Positions 45,544 through 54,917 of a DNA stretch of 64,000 nt are shown here, in pieces. How positions within the stretch are numbered: the stretch's first letter is position 1; every line of letters begins with the position of its first letter. Location: NCBI GenBank assembly GCA_040902895.1, contig JBBDWL010000056.1:16482-80481 (forward strand), read 5' to 3'. The translations under genes and the position numbers were made by a program. A model generated the notes under the pieces. That model made no database searches. It was not told the DNA's origin and saw only the letters and a list, made by a program, of their open reading frames with translations. The DNA comes from Vicinamibacterales bacterium (GTDB lineage: Bacteria > Acidobacteriota > Vicinamibacteria > Vicinamibacterales > SCN-69-37).

Positions 45544-46047
45544 TCAGCGATACAACCGCACGTCGTCGATCAGAAACGCGAACGTGCGCGGATCATCGAG
45601 CGCGGCGATCAGGATCCGGCGAAGGCCGCGGCCGTCGATGCCGCTCTCGGCGAACGACAGATCGACGACTGCCCATTCCGGCCCTGCCCGGAAGTCCAGG
45701 CGCGCAATCGGCGCCGACCCGGTGACGCCGTACAGGTAGACGCGGTATTCGCCGCCGTCGCCGCGAGCGCGAAACCGCAGTCCTTTAAACGCCGAGAGGT
45801 TGGCGCCGAGCGCCGGCGTGGACCCCGGCCTGAACTCGGCCCCGGCGTAGCGAACGCGGGCACCCGGACGCAGGATGCCGCGCACGCGCAACGCACCGGG
45901 TGTGCCCCCCGCGCCGCCGCGCACCACCTGGAGTGACACGGACGAGGCGCCGCCGGCGGCCGAATCGCTCGAAGTCTCCCAGCCCGCTCCAAAGCGTACG
46001 CGCGGCAAACCGCCGATCGCGTCGGCTTCGTCGAAGTCGCTCACCAT
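45544..46047 (-). CDS. CIA30-like / carbohydrate-binding-like domain protein (possibly the tail of a disrupted fusion)
   Basis: VSDFDEADAIGG...GGASSVSLQVV...LSAFKGLRFRARGDGGEYRVYL...FLIDDVRLYR resembles NADH:ubiquinone complex I intermediate-associated protein 30-type domains. Confidence 0.5.
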   Translation of the reverse strand: MVSDFDEADAIGGLPRVRFGAGWETSSDSAAGGASSVSLQVVRGGAGGTPGALRVRGILRPGARVRYAGAEFRPGSTPALGANLSAFKGLRFRARGDGGEYRVYLYGVTGSAPIARLDFRAGPEWAVVDLSFAESGIDGRGLRRILIAALDDPRTFAFLIDDVRLYR

Positions 46048-47074
46048 TCCCGATTCCGCGCCCGCGGGCGGTGGACCTCCGAGCCTCGTGCAGCGCGCGC
46101 ACTGTCGCGAGCGCGTTCTCGAGCCGCTTGCGGGTCTGCGCCCGGGGCGGAAGCGGAGGCGCCTCCGTGAGGCTCTTCACATCCCCCAAGAAGAGACGGG
46201 GACCAAGGTACGGATCGCCGACAGTCGCCGCACCGCGGGACTCGCCGCTTGCGCTGGCCAGCACGGCAAGGGTCGGCACGACGAACGCGTGGTGCTCCGC
46301 CACAAAGCGCCCGAAGTCCGGGCGCGGCATGCGGTCGGCGAAGGCGTGGACGATGCCGTCGGCGCCCGCCGCAATCGCCATGCGCGCGCCGTCGCCGCTG
46401 CCGATGTGCACCACGGCCAATTTGTTTCGCGCATGCGTCGCGACAACGACAGCGCGCAGCGTCGCCGAGTCCAGCGTCGGCACGGATATCCCGAGCTGCG
46501 ATCCCGCTTCGTGGACGATCTTGATGTAGTCGGAGCCCTCCCCGATGCGCGCATCGATGAAGGCCTGCGCCTCCGTCGCGTTCGCAAGTGTGGGAATCGG
46601 GACCCCGTATTGCGTGCCGTGGCCGTTTGGGGCCGTGACAAGCGTACCGGCCGAGAAGAGATCGGCGCGATCCGCCGCCGTGCCGGCGGCTTGTTCAGCC
46701 TTCATCGCGCGCATCGTCGGCAGCGCCGTGAACATGTCGAGGTGCGTCATCACGCCGAACGCCAGCGCGCCCTTGAGACTCGAGCGGGACTGACTATGCG
46801 TGTGCGAATCGATGAGGCCTGGAAGCAGCGTCCGTCCCTCGCCCCTGACCTCGACGGCGCCGGACGGGACCGAAACCGTCTCACCCGGCAACGCGATTGC
46901 GGCGATCCTGCGACGTTCAAGCACCACGGTCGCCGAGTCGATCAGCTTCGTCCCGTCGAACACCCGGACATTGCGGATGACCACCGGCGGCGACTCCGGC
47001 TCCTGGGCTGGCGCATCGAATCCGGCGAAGAGGTTGGCTAGGAGCGGGAGGACGAGCACGGCGATCGTGTTCAT
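45785..47074 (-). pseudogene. amidohydrolase-family protein, apparently disrupted at the C-terminus
   Basis: Signal peptide MNTIAVLVLPLLANLFA. VVIRNVRVFDGT...LLPGLIDSHTHS...IKIVHEAG...AVVHIGSG is native-looking up to ...TVRALHEA (near 46070). After that the ORF becomes an Arg-rich nonsense tail, and the expected AGTDA...H...D C-terminal third is absent in all frames. Confidence 0.55.
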
Positions 47075-47282
47075 GGGGACCGTCCGGGGTCCGGGCATGC
47101 GGATCGGGCCGGCGAGGTTTCGCATCCGAGTCGTCTGCCTTTCATGCTAGCCCCGCTTCGCGCTGGCGATGGGACTCTCCACCGACGAGGTCACACGTTA
47201 TCTCGGGGAGCCGGCGCGCCGCGCTGGATGTCGATTCCCGACCCGCCCGTTCGACAAGTGAGAAGAATCGGAAGGAGACACG

Positions 47283-47768
47283 GTGATGGCGAGGACAAAG
47301 ATCTATACGCATTTCTGGTACGCAACGGGAGCGGAGGAGGCGGCGACGTTCTATGCCTCAATCTTTCCGGATTCGCGGGTCAACGGGGTCTGGGCCCTGC
47401 CCACCGAGTCCCCGAGCGGGCCGGCAGGTTCGGTCAAGATCGTCGACTTTACGCTGTTTGGTCAGCGGTTCCAGGCCATGACCGCTGGCCCCCACCACGA
47501 CTTCAACGACGCTATCTCCATCGTCGTGGACTGTGACGACCAGGCGGAGATCGATCGCTACTGGAACGCGCTCCTCGACGGCGGCGGCAAGCCGCAGGCC
47601 TGCGGCTGGTTGATCGATCGGTTCGGCCTGAGATGGCAGATCGTCCCGGCGAGGCTGGACGACATGATGCGCGACACCGACACGGCTCGCGCAAGACGGG
47701 TCGCGGACGCCATGCTGAAAATGGTCAAACTCGATATCGCGACGCTGGAGAAGGCTTACGGGTCATAA
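47283..47768 (+). CDS. VOC-superfamily protein, PhnB/3-demethylubiquinone-9 methyltransferase-like domain
   Basis: KIYTHFWYATGAEEAATFYASIFPDSRV...FTLFGQRFQAMTAGPHHDFNDAISIVVDCDDQAEIDRYWNALLDGGGKPQACGWLIDRFGLRWQIVP. Confidence 0.8.
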   Translation: MMARTKIYTHFWYATGAEEAATFYASIFPDSRVNGVWALPTESPSGPAGSVKIVDFTLFGQRFQAMTAGPHHDFNDAISIVVDCDDQAEIDRYWNALLDGGGKPQACGWLIDRFGLRWQIVPARLDDMMRDTDTARARRVADAMLKMVKLDIATLEKAYGS

Positions 47769-47866
47769 GCCTGCGAGACGCAGGCGGGGCGATCGGTCGC
47801 GGAGGGTGCGGACCTAAACCTTTGCCCTTTCTCAGCTGATGCAACGGCCGAGCTTGCACCCATCGC

Positions 47867-49003
47867 ATGGCGGTGAACACCGGGCTAAAATCGCACACAC
47901 CGAGCCTCTCGATGCGCCTCTCACCGAAACGACCCCGCACGCGGCGCCAGAAGACCGATGACAGCCTTCGCGTGGAGCGTGAGCGCGCCGATCATGCGCT
48001 CCAGAACGAGTTGGCGGCGATCGACGAAACCGCCGACGCTGTCATCAACCGCGCTCGCTCGCGTGCGGACGATGTGCTCGCGGCGGCGAGAGGGCGCGTC
48101 GATCGCGAGGCGGCCTCTGCGAGTCCCCAGGCGCATTCGCTGCTCCTGCGCGAACGAGCGCGCGACGATCAAGTGCTGCGCGACGAGCGTACCGCGGCGG
48201 ACGCGGTCCTGCGCGATGAGCGCGCGGAGAAGAGCGCCGTCCTGGCGAATGAACGACAGGATACGGATACGAATCTTCTCACCGAGCGCACCGCCTCGGA
48301 CGACGCCGTGGCCACGCGGGATGAGTTCCTCGGCATCGTCAGCCACGATCTGCGCCACTTGCTGAACGCCGTGATGGGATTCTCCGTCTTGATCGCGAAG
48401 GTGGCCCCGCAGAAGACCCATGAAGGAGAGGTCGTCGGGTACGCGCAACGCATTCAACGTTCCGGCGTCCGTATGAACCGGCTGATTGGCGACCTGCTGG
48501 ATGTCGTGAGCATCAACGCAGGACAGCTTGCCGTGACCAGCGAGCCTGGAAGCGCAGATGCCGTAGTCGCGGAGGTGGTCGAAACGTTTCTGGAGCCTGC
48601 TGCCGCCAGCGGGATATCCCTCACGACGGAGATTCCGCCCACCCTGCCGCCCGCGCTCTTCGACCATGCGCGAATACTGCAAGTGCTGTCCAATTTGCTG
48701 AGTAACGCGATCAAGTTCAGTCCGGCGGGGAGCACGGTGGTGCTGCGGGTGGAGCGGGATGGCCGCCATCTGCGGTTCGCTGTGGCCGACCGCGGCATCG
48801 GCATCGCGCCGGATCACGTAGACACCATCTTCATGCGGTTCGTTCAACTTGCCGGGAGGGAGCGGCGGGGTGTCGGCCTCGGGCTTTACATCTCGAAATG
48901 CATCGTTCAGGGACACGGCGGCCGCATCTGGGTGGAAAGCCAGCGGGGTAAGGGCAGCACGTTTTTCTTCACGGTCCCGATCGTCGAGAAGTCTGGTAGT
49001 TGA
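47867..49003 (+). CDS. soluble sensor histidine kinase (HisKA plus HATPase_c) with a repeat-rich N-terminus
   Basis: FLGIVSHDLRHLLNAVMGF is the H-box. LSNLLSNAIKFSP, DRGIGI and GVGLGLYISKCIVQGHGGRIWVES are the N/G boxes. No TM segments are visible. Confidence 0.88.
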   Translation: MAVNTGLKSHTPSLSMRLSPKRPRTRRQKTDDSLRVERERADHALQNELAAIDETADAVINRARSRADDVLAAARGRVDREAASASPQAHSLLLRERARDDQVLRDERTAADAVLRDERAEKSAVLANERQDTDTNLLTERTASDDAVATRDEFLGIVSHDLRHLLNAVMGFSVLIAKVAPQKTHEGEVVGYAQRIQRSGVRMNRLIGDLLDVVSINAGQLAVTSEPGSADAVVAEVVETFLEPAAASGISLTTEIPPTLPPALFDHARILQVLSNLLSNAIKFSPAGSTVVLRVERDGRHLRFAVADRGIGIAPDHVDTIFMRFVQLAGRERRGVGLGLYISKCIVQGHGGRIWVESQRGKGSTFFFTVPIVEKSGS

Positions 49004-50121
49004 CGCCTGTGCCACTCGCAGAATTTATCGAACGCCATCACGACGAGATCATCAGTGAGTTCAGTGCATTCGCACGAACACTGATGCCGGCCGGTTCCGA
49101 CGAAATCGATCTGCGTGACCACGCCAAAGAGATGCTGATGGCGATCACACAGGATCTGAGAACGAAGCAGAGCGCCGAAGAGCAATCGGAAAAATCCAAA
49201 GGGCATGGTTCGGAGAACGTCATGGCGGGCTCTGGACGCCTTCACGCCGAGGGGCGCCTTGAGCATGGGTTCACTCCGGGCCAGATGCTCGCCGAATTCC
49301 GCGCCCTTCGCGCCTCCGTGTTAAGGCTCTACGAGCGCTCCGGCCACACGGATATCGCAGGCGTGACGAGATTCAACGAGGCGATCGATGAAGTGCTGAC
49401 GGAGTCGATCACGCGCTACGCGATGAAGACCGACCTCTATCGAGACCAGTTTATCGGGATCCTGAGTCACGACTTGCGCGGTCCCCTTGGCGCGATATCC
49501 GCTGGCGCCGCTGTGTTGGCCGCTTCCGCCGCCGACGACCAGCGTCAGGCGAGAGTCGCTGCGCGCATCCTGAACAGCACTCACCGAATGGAGCGCATGA
49601 TCAGCGATCTTCTGGATCTGACGCGCACACGTCTCGGCGGTTCCATTCCATTGAAGCGCGTCGGAACAGACCTGCAGCAACTGTGCGAAGAGGTCATCCT
49701 CGAGGTGCAGGCCGCACATGCGCAGGCCGTTGTGCACTTCAGCGCGAGCGGGAACCTGACCGGTGAATGGGATCCTGATCGACTCGCGCAAGTCGTGTCG
49801 AACTTGCTCGGCAACGCGATCCAGCATGGAGGCGGAGGTCCGATCACGCTCGACGCGCATGGCACGGCCGAGACCGTCACACTTCGTGTGCACAATGGAG
49901 GCACGCCGATCCCCACCGCCGCACAACCCTCGATTTTCGAGCCGCTCGCCCGAGCAGCCTCGGATAGCCCGCAGAGCATCGGCCTCGGGCTGTTCATCGC
50001 ACGAGCCATCGTCACCGCGCATGGCGGCGACATCCGCGTCACCTCGGGAGAAGACTCAGGCACGACATTCGAAGTGGTCCTTCCAAGTCACGGCTCCTCG
50101 TCATCTGATGACGTGATATGA
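49000..50121 (+). CDS. soluble sensor histidine kinase with RsbRD_N-like N-terminal domain
   Basis: The TTG start overlaps the upstream stop. LAEFIERHHDEIISEFSAFARTL is the N-terminal domain. FIGILSHDLRGPLGAI is the H-box. VSNLLGNAIQHG...GLGLFIARAIVTAHGGDIRV is the ATPase region. Confidence 0.85.
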   Translation: MTPVPLAEFIERHHDEIISEFSAFARTLMPAGSDEIDLRDHAKEMLMAITQDLRTKQSAEEQSEKSKGHGSENVMAGSGRLHAEGRLEHGFTPGQMLAEFRALRASVLRLYERSGHTDIAGVTRFNEAIDEVLTESITRYAMKTDLYRDQFIGILSHDLRGPLGAISAGAAVLAASAADDQRQARVAARILNSTHRMERMISDLLDLTRTRLGGSIPLKRVGTDLQQLCEEVILEVQAAHAQAVVHFSASGNLTGEWDPDRLAQVVSNLLGNAIQHGGGGPITLDAHGTAETVTLRVHNGGTPIPTAAQPSIFEPLARAASDSPQSIGLGLFIARAIVTAHGGDIRVTSGEDSGTTFEVVLPSHGSSSSDDVI

Positions 50122-50128
50122 TGACGCC

Positions 50129-50371
50129 ATGCGCACGATTGTCGAACTGCCGGAGGAACAGCTCGAGGCCCTTGACGCCCTCTGCCGCCGGGAAAAGATT
50201 TCGCGAGCGGAGGGCATCCGCCGCGCGGTCGCGGTGCTCGTGCGCCAGCGTGCTGCCGGCGCCGGCCGCGCATTCGGCCTGTGGCGCGACCGGCCGGAGG
50301 ATGGGCTCGCATATCAGCGACGTATGCGAAAGGAATGGGATGCGGCGCCGGCGAGACGGCGGAGCCGATGA
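50129..50371 (+). CDS. ribbon-helix-helix (CopG-type) VapB-like antitoxin
   Basis: MRTIVELPEEQLEALDALCRREKISRAEGIRRAVAVLV is the RHH pattern. ATGA overlap with the following PIN gene. Confidence 0.8.
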   Translation: MRTIVELPEEQLEALDALCRREKISRAEGIRRAVAVLVRQRAAGAGRAFGLWRDRPEDGLAYQRRMRKEWDAAPARRRSR

Positions 50372-50733
50372 AGGCGCTGTTCGACACGAACATCCTGGTC
50401 GACTACTTGAACGGCATCGAGGCTTCACGGATCGAGATCGAGCGCTATGACGAGCGCGCGATTAGCGTCATTACCTGGATGGAAGTGCTCGCCGGCGTCC
50501 GGAACGCCGACGAAGAAGACGTGACAGAGATGTTTCTGCGCGACTTCAGAACCGTCGACCTGACGCGCCGGGTTGCGCGTGACGCCGTCGGTATTCGGCG
50601 CCAGCATCGCATCGGCCTCCCTGATGCCATCATCTGGGCCACGGCTCGATCGGAGTCCGCGCTGCTCGTGACGCGCAACACGAAAGACTTCCCCGCCACC
50701 GATCCCGGTGTGCGAATTCCTTATTCGACCTAG
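50368..50733 (+). CDS. vapC: PIN-domain VapC toxin
   Basis: Internal ATG at 50368: MKALFDTNILVDYLNG...ITWMEVLAG...LPDAIIWATARSESALLVTRNTKDF. Confidence 0.85.
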   Translation: MKALFDTNILVDYLNGIEASRIEIERYDERAISVITWMEVLAGVRNADEEDVTEMFLRDFRTVDLTRRVARDAVGIRRQHRIGLPDAIIWATARSESALLVTRNTKDFPATDPGVRIPYST

Positions 50734-50816
50734 CGGCGGCGCCGCCGTCGTGTCCTCTTGCTTTCCAAAAGGAGGTGTGTCACTCTCTTTTGGGAAACCA
50801 AAAGGACTGACCGCGC

Positions 50817-51164
50817 ATGCGCAGAAAGAAAGACGTCCAGCAAGGCTCATTGGCGCTGATGGTGCTCAAGACGCTCGACGTCCTGGGTCCCCAGCACGGT
50901 TACGGTCTCGCCAAACGCATCGAGCAGATCAGCGGCGACGTGCTCTCGGTCAACCAGGGCACCCTCTATCCCCTGCTGTTGAAGCTGGAACAGGACGGCG
51001 CCATCACATCGCAGTGGGGACCCTCTGACAATAATCGGCGGGCGCGCTTCTATCGCGTGACCGCCGCCGGCCGCCGGCAACTTCAGGCGGAAAGACGAAG
51101 CTGGGAAGAGACGATGGCGCTGGTCGGCCGGTTCTTTGAGGTGAAGGCGGAGGACGTCCCATGA
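50817..51164 (+). CDS. PadR-family transcriptional regulator
   Basis: LALMVLKTLDVLGPQHGYGLAKRIEQISGDVLSVNQGTLYPLLLKLEQDGAITSQW...RARFYRVTAAGRR. Confidence 0.9.
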   Translation: MRRKKDVQQGSLALMVLKTLDVLGPQHGYGLAKRIEQISGDVLSVNQGTLYPLLLKLEQDGAITSQWGPSDNNRRARFYRVTAAGRRQLQAERRSWEETMALVGRFFEVKAEDVP

Positions 51165-53776
51165 AGCTGCTGAGGCGATTCTTCAGACGGCTGCTTGTCG
51201 CGACGACAGGACGCCACGACGAGGCGCGGATGAGGGAGGAGCTCGAGGCCCACCTCGAGATGCAGACCGCCGAAAACATCCGCGCAGGCAGGTCCCCGGA
51301 AGAGGCGCGACGCCAGGCCGTGCTCGCGTTCGGGCCGATCGAAGCCATCAAAGGCAGCTACCGCGACCAGCAGGGCCTGGCCATCGTCGACGACTTCGTG
51401 CAGGACGTGCGCTATGCGTGGAGACAGCTTCGGAAGTCTCCGTTGTTCACGTTCACGGCGGTCACCTCGCTCGCCATGGGCATCGGCGCGAATGCCGCGG
51501 TGTTCATCGTCGTCGAGCGGCTGCTGCTTCGGCCGCTGCCCGTCTCCAACCCGCACGAGCTCGTCTACGTTACCGATGACCGTATTCTCACCCAGCCGAG
51601 CCCGCGTTTCTCATATCCGTTCTACGCCGTTTTACGTGAGACCCGCACGCTCAACGGCCTCGCGGCCCGCTTCGCGCTCGGCGTCAACGTCGCCGTCAAC
51701 GACCAGATCGTGAGAGCAAACGGCGAGCTCGTTTCCGGTAATTACTTCGATGTCATCGGCGCGGGTACGAGTGCGGGCCGGTCTCTTTCTCCCCTCGACG
51801 ACACAGCACCGGGCGCGCACCCGGTGGCGGTGATCAGCGAGCGGTTCTGGCGGCGTGTGTTCGCGGCCGACCGGGCTCTCGTCGGCCGAAGTGTGCGTCT
51901 CAACGAGCACGACTTCACCATCGTGGGCGTCGCGGCCGAGGGTTTCTCGGGCATCTCCGCTGGGAATCCCACGGACATCTGGATTCCGCTCGCAATGCAG
52001 CGAGAGCTGGGCCGGGGTCTGCTCACCGAGGCGCGAACAAACTGGCTCGAGATCCTCGGACGGCTCCGTCCTGGCACAGACCGGCACCAGGCGGCGGATG
52101 CCATCAATCGCGAGCTGCAGCAGCGTGCGTCCGGCCCTTCACCGCCGTCGCCCACAAGACTCCTGGTGCTCCTGCCGGGCCATCGAGGCAGCTCGCCAAT
52201 GGGCGAAGAGCGGCGCACGGCGCTCATGGCGCTGTTTGCGCTTGCCGGATTCGCGCTGGTGCTGGCCTGCGTCAACATCGCGTCGCTCGCCGCGGTGCGG
52301 TCGGCGGCCCGGGAAAAAGAAATGGCGATACGCCTGGCGATCGGGGCCTATCGCTCGCGCCTGACGCGGCAACTGCTCACCGAAGGACTCGTGCTCGCCG
52401 CGCTCGGAGGCGTGATCGGATCGCTGATTGCGTCCCCGCTTGCTCGCGCGCTGGTCTCGGCACAATCGATCACGATCGACCTCGATTCGAGCCTGGGGTT
52501 GCCCGTCGTGCTGTTTGTTTTCCTCTTGTCCGTGCTTGCCGGCATTGCGGTCGCCTTGCTGCCGATCCTCTCGTCCCGAAGAATCGGGCCCCTGCGAAGG
52601 AGGCGGTTCCGCCGCGTCACGGCGCAAGACGTGGTCGTGTCGCTGCAGATAGCCATGGCATTGTCGATGCTGATCGGCGCGTCGCTGCTGGTGCAGAGCG
52701 TGCGCACCCTCAGGTCGGTCGATCCGGGCTTCCGTGCAGACAATCTGTTGATCGCCAGGCTCGATCCCAAGGCGGCCGGGTACGACTCGAACCGGATCAA
52801 CCGTTTCTGGAACGCTGTGCTGGAAGAGCTGACGCAGATCCCCGGCGCTCGAAGCGTGTCGCTGGCCGGAACGGTGCCGCTGGCTCCCACCCGCCAGCGG
52901 CAGCCGTGGGTCAATCCGGCCTCAGGAGAAAAACTGGAGATCGACACCAATTACGTCGGACCGGCCTACTTCCAGACGCTCGGGATCCCGCTTGTCGGCG
53001 GGCGCGAATTTACCAAAGACGATCGTCGCGAATCACGGATGGTCCTGATCGTGAACGAACACCTCGCGCGGACGTTCTGGCCCGGGCAGGATCCGATCGG
53101 CAAGGGTATTCGTCTGCCGGACTCTGGCAAGCCGATCGCTGAAGTCGCGGGCGTCGTGCGCGACGTGAAATATCGTGACCTTCGCGACGAGGCCGGCCCG
53201 ATGTTCTATCGCCCGGTGCTGCAGACACATTCGTCGGATGCCATGACGGTGCACCTTCGCGCGTCGGGCGATCCGTATGCGCTCGTCAACGCCCTGCGGC
53301 TCGCGATACAGCGCATCGATCGCAACGTTCCGTTGTTCCAGATCACCACGCTCGAGGAACAGCTCGACACGTCGTTCGCGCAGACGCGCCAGGCGGCGAT
53401 GCTGAGCGGAGCGTTCGGTGTGATCGCGCTGCTGTTGAGCGGCATCGGCATCTATGGCGTCACGGCACTCGCCGTCCGTCGCCGCACGCGTGATATCGGC
53501 ATTCGCATGGCACTCGGCGCCCGGCGTGGCGATATTGCCCGCGCGATTGGCGCCCGCGGCATCGCGATCATCGCGATCGGCCTTTCTCTCGGTGTGCTGG
53601 GCGCGTTCGGGTTCACGGAGCTGACGGCGACGCTGATGCAGGGCGGAAAGGCCCTCGACGCCCGGACCTTCGTGTCGATGACGGCGCTGCTGGCGTTCGT
53701 CTCATTGCTCGCGTTCGCGATTCCTGTTCGCGCGGCCACGCGGCTGGATGCGCTCGCGGCGATTCGACACGAATAG
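51161..53776 (+). CDS. ADOP-family duplicated FtsX/MacB-type permease
   Basis: 871 aa with the start overlapping the padR stop. Leader ...REELEAHLEMQTAENIRAGRSPEEARRQA, then two PCD plus FtsX modules, ending LDALAAIRHE. Confidence 0.9.
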   Translation: MKLLRRFFRRLLVATTGRHDEARMREELEAHLEMQTAENIRAGRSPEEARRQAVLAFGPIEAIKGSYRDQQGLAIVDDFVQDVRYAWRQLRKSPLFTFTAVTSLAMGIGANAAVFIVVERLLLRPLPVSNPHELVYVTDDRILTQPSPRFSYPFYAVLRETRTLNGLAARFALGVNVAVNDQIVRANGELVSGNYFDVIGAGTSAGRSLSPLDDTAPGAHPVAVISERFWRRVFAADRALVGRSVRLNEHDFTIVGVAAEGFSGISAGNPTDIWIPLAMQRELGRGLLTEARTNWLEILGRLRPGTDRHQAADAINRELQQRASGPSPPSPTRLLVLLPGHRGSSPMGEERRTALMALFALAGFALVLACVNIASLAAVRSAAREKEMAIRLAIGAYRSRLTRQLLTEGLVLAALGGVIGSLIASPLARALVSAQSITIDLDSSLGLPVVLFVFLLSVLAGIAVALLPILSSRRIGPLRRRRFRRVTAQDVVVSLQIAMALSMLIGASLLVQSVRTLRSVDPGFRADNLLIARLDPKAAGYDSNRINRFWNAVLEELTQIPGARSVSLAGTVPLAPTRQRQPWVNPASGEKLEIDTNYVGPAYFQTLGIPLVGGREFTKDDRRESRMVLIVNEHLARTFWPGQDPIGKGIRLPDSGKPIAEVAGVVRDVKYRDLRDEAGPMFYRPVLQTHSSDAMTVHLRASGDPYALVNALRLAIQRIDRNVPLFQITTLEEQLDTSFAQTRQAAMLSGAFGVIALLLSGIGIYGVTALAVRRRTRDIGIRMALGARRGDIARAIGARGIAIIAIGLSLGVLGAFGFTELTATLMQGGKALDARTFVSMTALLAFVSLLAFAIPVRAATRLDALAAIRHE

Positions 53777-53806
53777 CGGGCATCCGCTTACAATGCGCGC
53801 GGAGGA

Positions 53807-54859
53807 ATGCCCATGCGCGCGCTCATCGCGGTAGCCCTGCTTCTGCTGGCCTTGCCATCCCCGGTTCACGCTCAGGCCTCTTTCACGGCCGGCGGCATCA
53901 CCGCGGCGCCCGGCACTACCGCATCCGGCACCATCCAGATTCCCGCACGCGCGGGAGACGACGGAACGTCGCTGCCGATCTCGATCGTGCACGGCGCGAG
54001 ACCGGGGCCGGTGCTGGCGCTCGTCGCCGGCGTGCACGGCCAGGAATACACGCCGATCCTCGCGCTTCAGAAGCTGCGCACCGCGATCGATCCGAAGACC
54101 CTGAGCGGCACCGTCATCATGGTGCACGTCGCGAACATGCCGTCGTATCTGGCGCGCACGATTTATTACTCGCCCGTCGACAACAAGAACCTGAATCGCG
54201 TGTTTCCCGGCAAGGCGGACGGCACGATCTCGGAGCGAATCGCCAACGTCATCACGCGAGAGGTCATCGAGCGCGCGACACACGTGGTGGACCTTCACTG
54301 CGGCGACGGCAACGAGTCGCTGCGGCCGTACTTGTACTGGATCACCAGCGGCGGCGAGAAAGTCGCCGAAGCCGGACGGCAGATGGCGCTCGCCTTCGGG
54401 ATGGATCACATCGTCGTCGATCGCGAGCGGCCCACAGACCCGGCCGCCTCGCTGTATTTGTCGAACACCGCGATCACCCGCGGCAAGCCGGCACTCACGA
54501 TCGAGTCGGGCGGCATGGGCGAGATTCACACCGACGACATCCTGCGCATCGAGCGCGGCGTGTGGGGCCTGATGAAGCATCTCGCGATGACCGCGACGGG
54601 ACCCGATCCCGTTGTGGCGCCGGTGATGCTGGAGCGCAGCGCCGTGCTTCGCAGCAACTTCACCGGCATCTTTCACGCAATGGTTGAGAAGGGACAGACC
54701 GTGGCCGCGGGCGCGGTGATCGGACGCGTGACCGACTTTCACGGAAAGGTGCTGGAAGAGATCAAGGCGCCGTTCGCCGGCGAAATTCTCTATGTCGTCG
54801 GCACTCCCGCGATGAACAAAGGCGAACCCGTGGGCTTCATCGGTGCGACGGCGAAATAG
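53807..54859 (+). CDS. succinylglutamate desuccinylase/aspartoacylase (M14-like) family protein
   Basis: Signal peptide. ALVAGVHGQEYTPILAL...NLNRVFPGKADGTISERIA...HVVDLHCGD are typical AstE/AspA family motifs. Confidence 0.8.
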   Translation: MPMRALIAVALLLLALPSPVHAQASFTAGGITAAPGTTASGTIQIPARAGDDGTSLPISIVHGARPGPVLALVAGVHGQEYTPILALQKLRTAIDPKTLSGTVIMVHVANMPSYLARTIYYSPVDNKNLNRVFPGKADGTISERIANVITREVIERATHVVDLHCGDGNESLRPYLYWITSGGEKVAEAGRQMALAFGMDHIVVDRERPTDPAASLYLSNTAITRGKPALTIESGGMGEIHTDDILRIERGVWGLMKHLAMTATGPDPVVAPVMLERSAVLRSNFTGIFHAMVEKGQTVAAGAVIGRVTDFHGKVLEEIKAPFAGEILYVVGTPAMNKGEPVGFIGATAK

Positions 54860-54917
54860 CGGGACTGCGCGCTGAGCCCGCCTGCGTCGCTTCTACGCCT
54901 TAGCTGTAGGAGGGATC

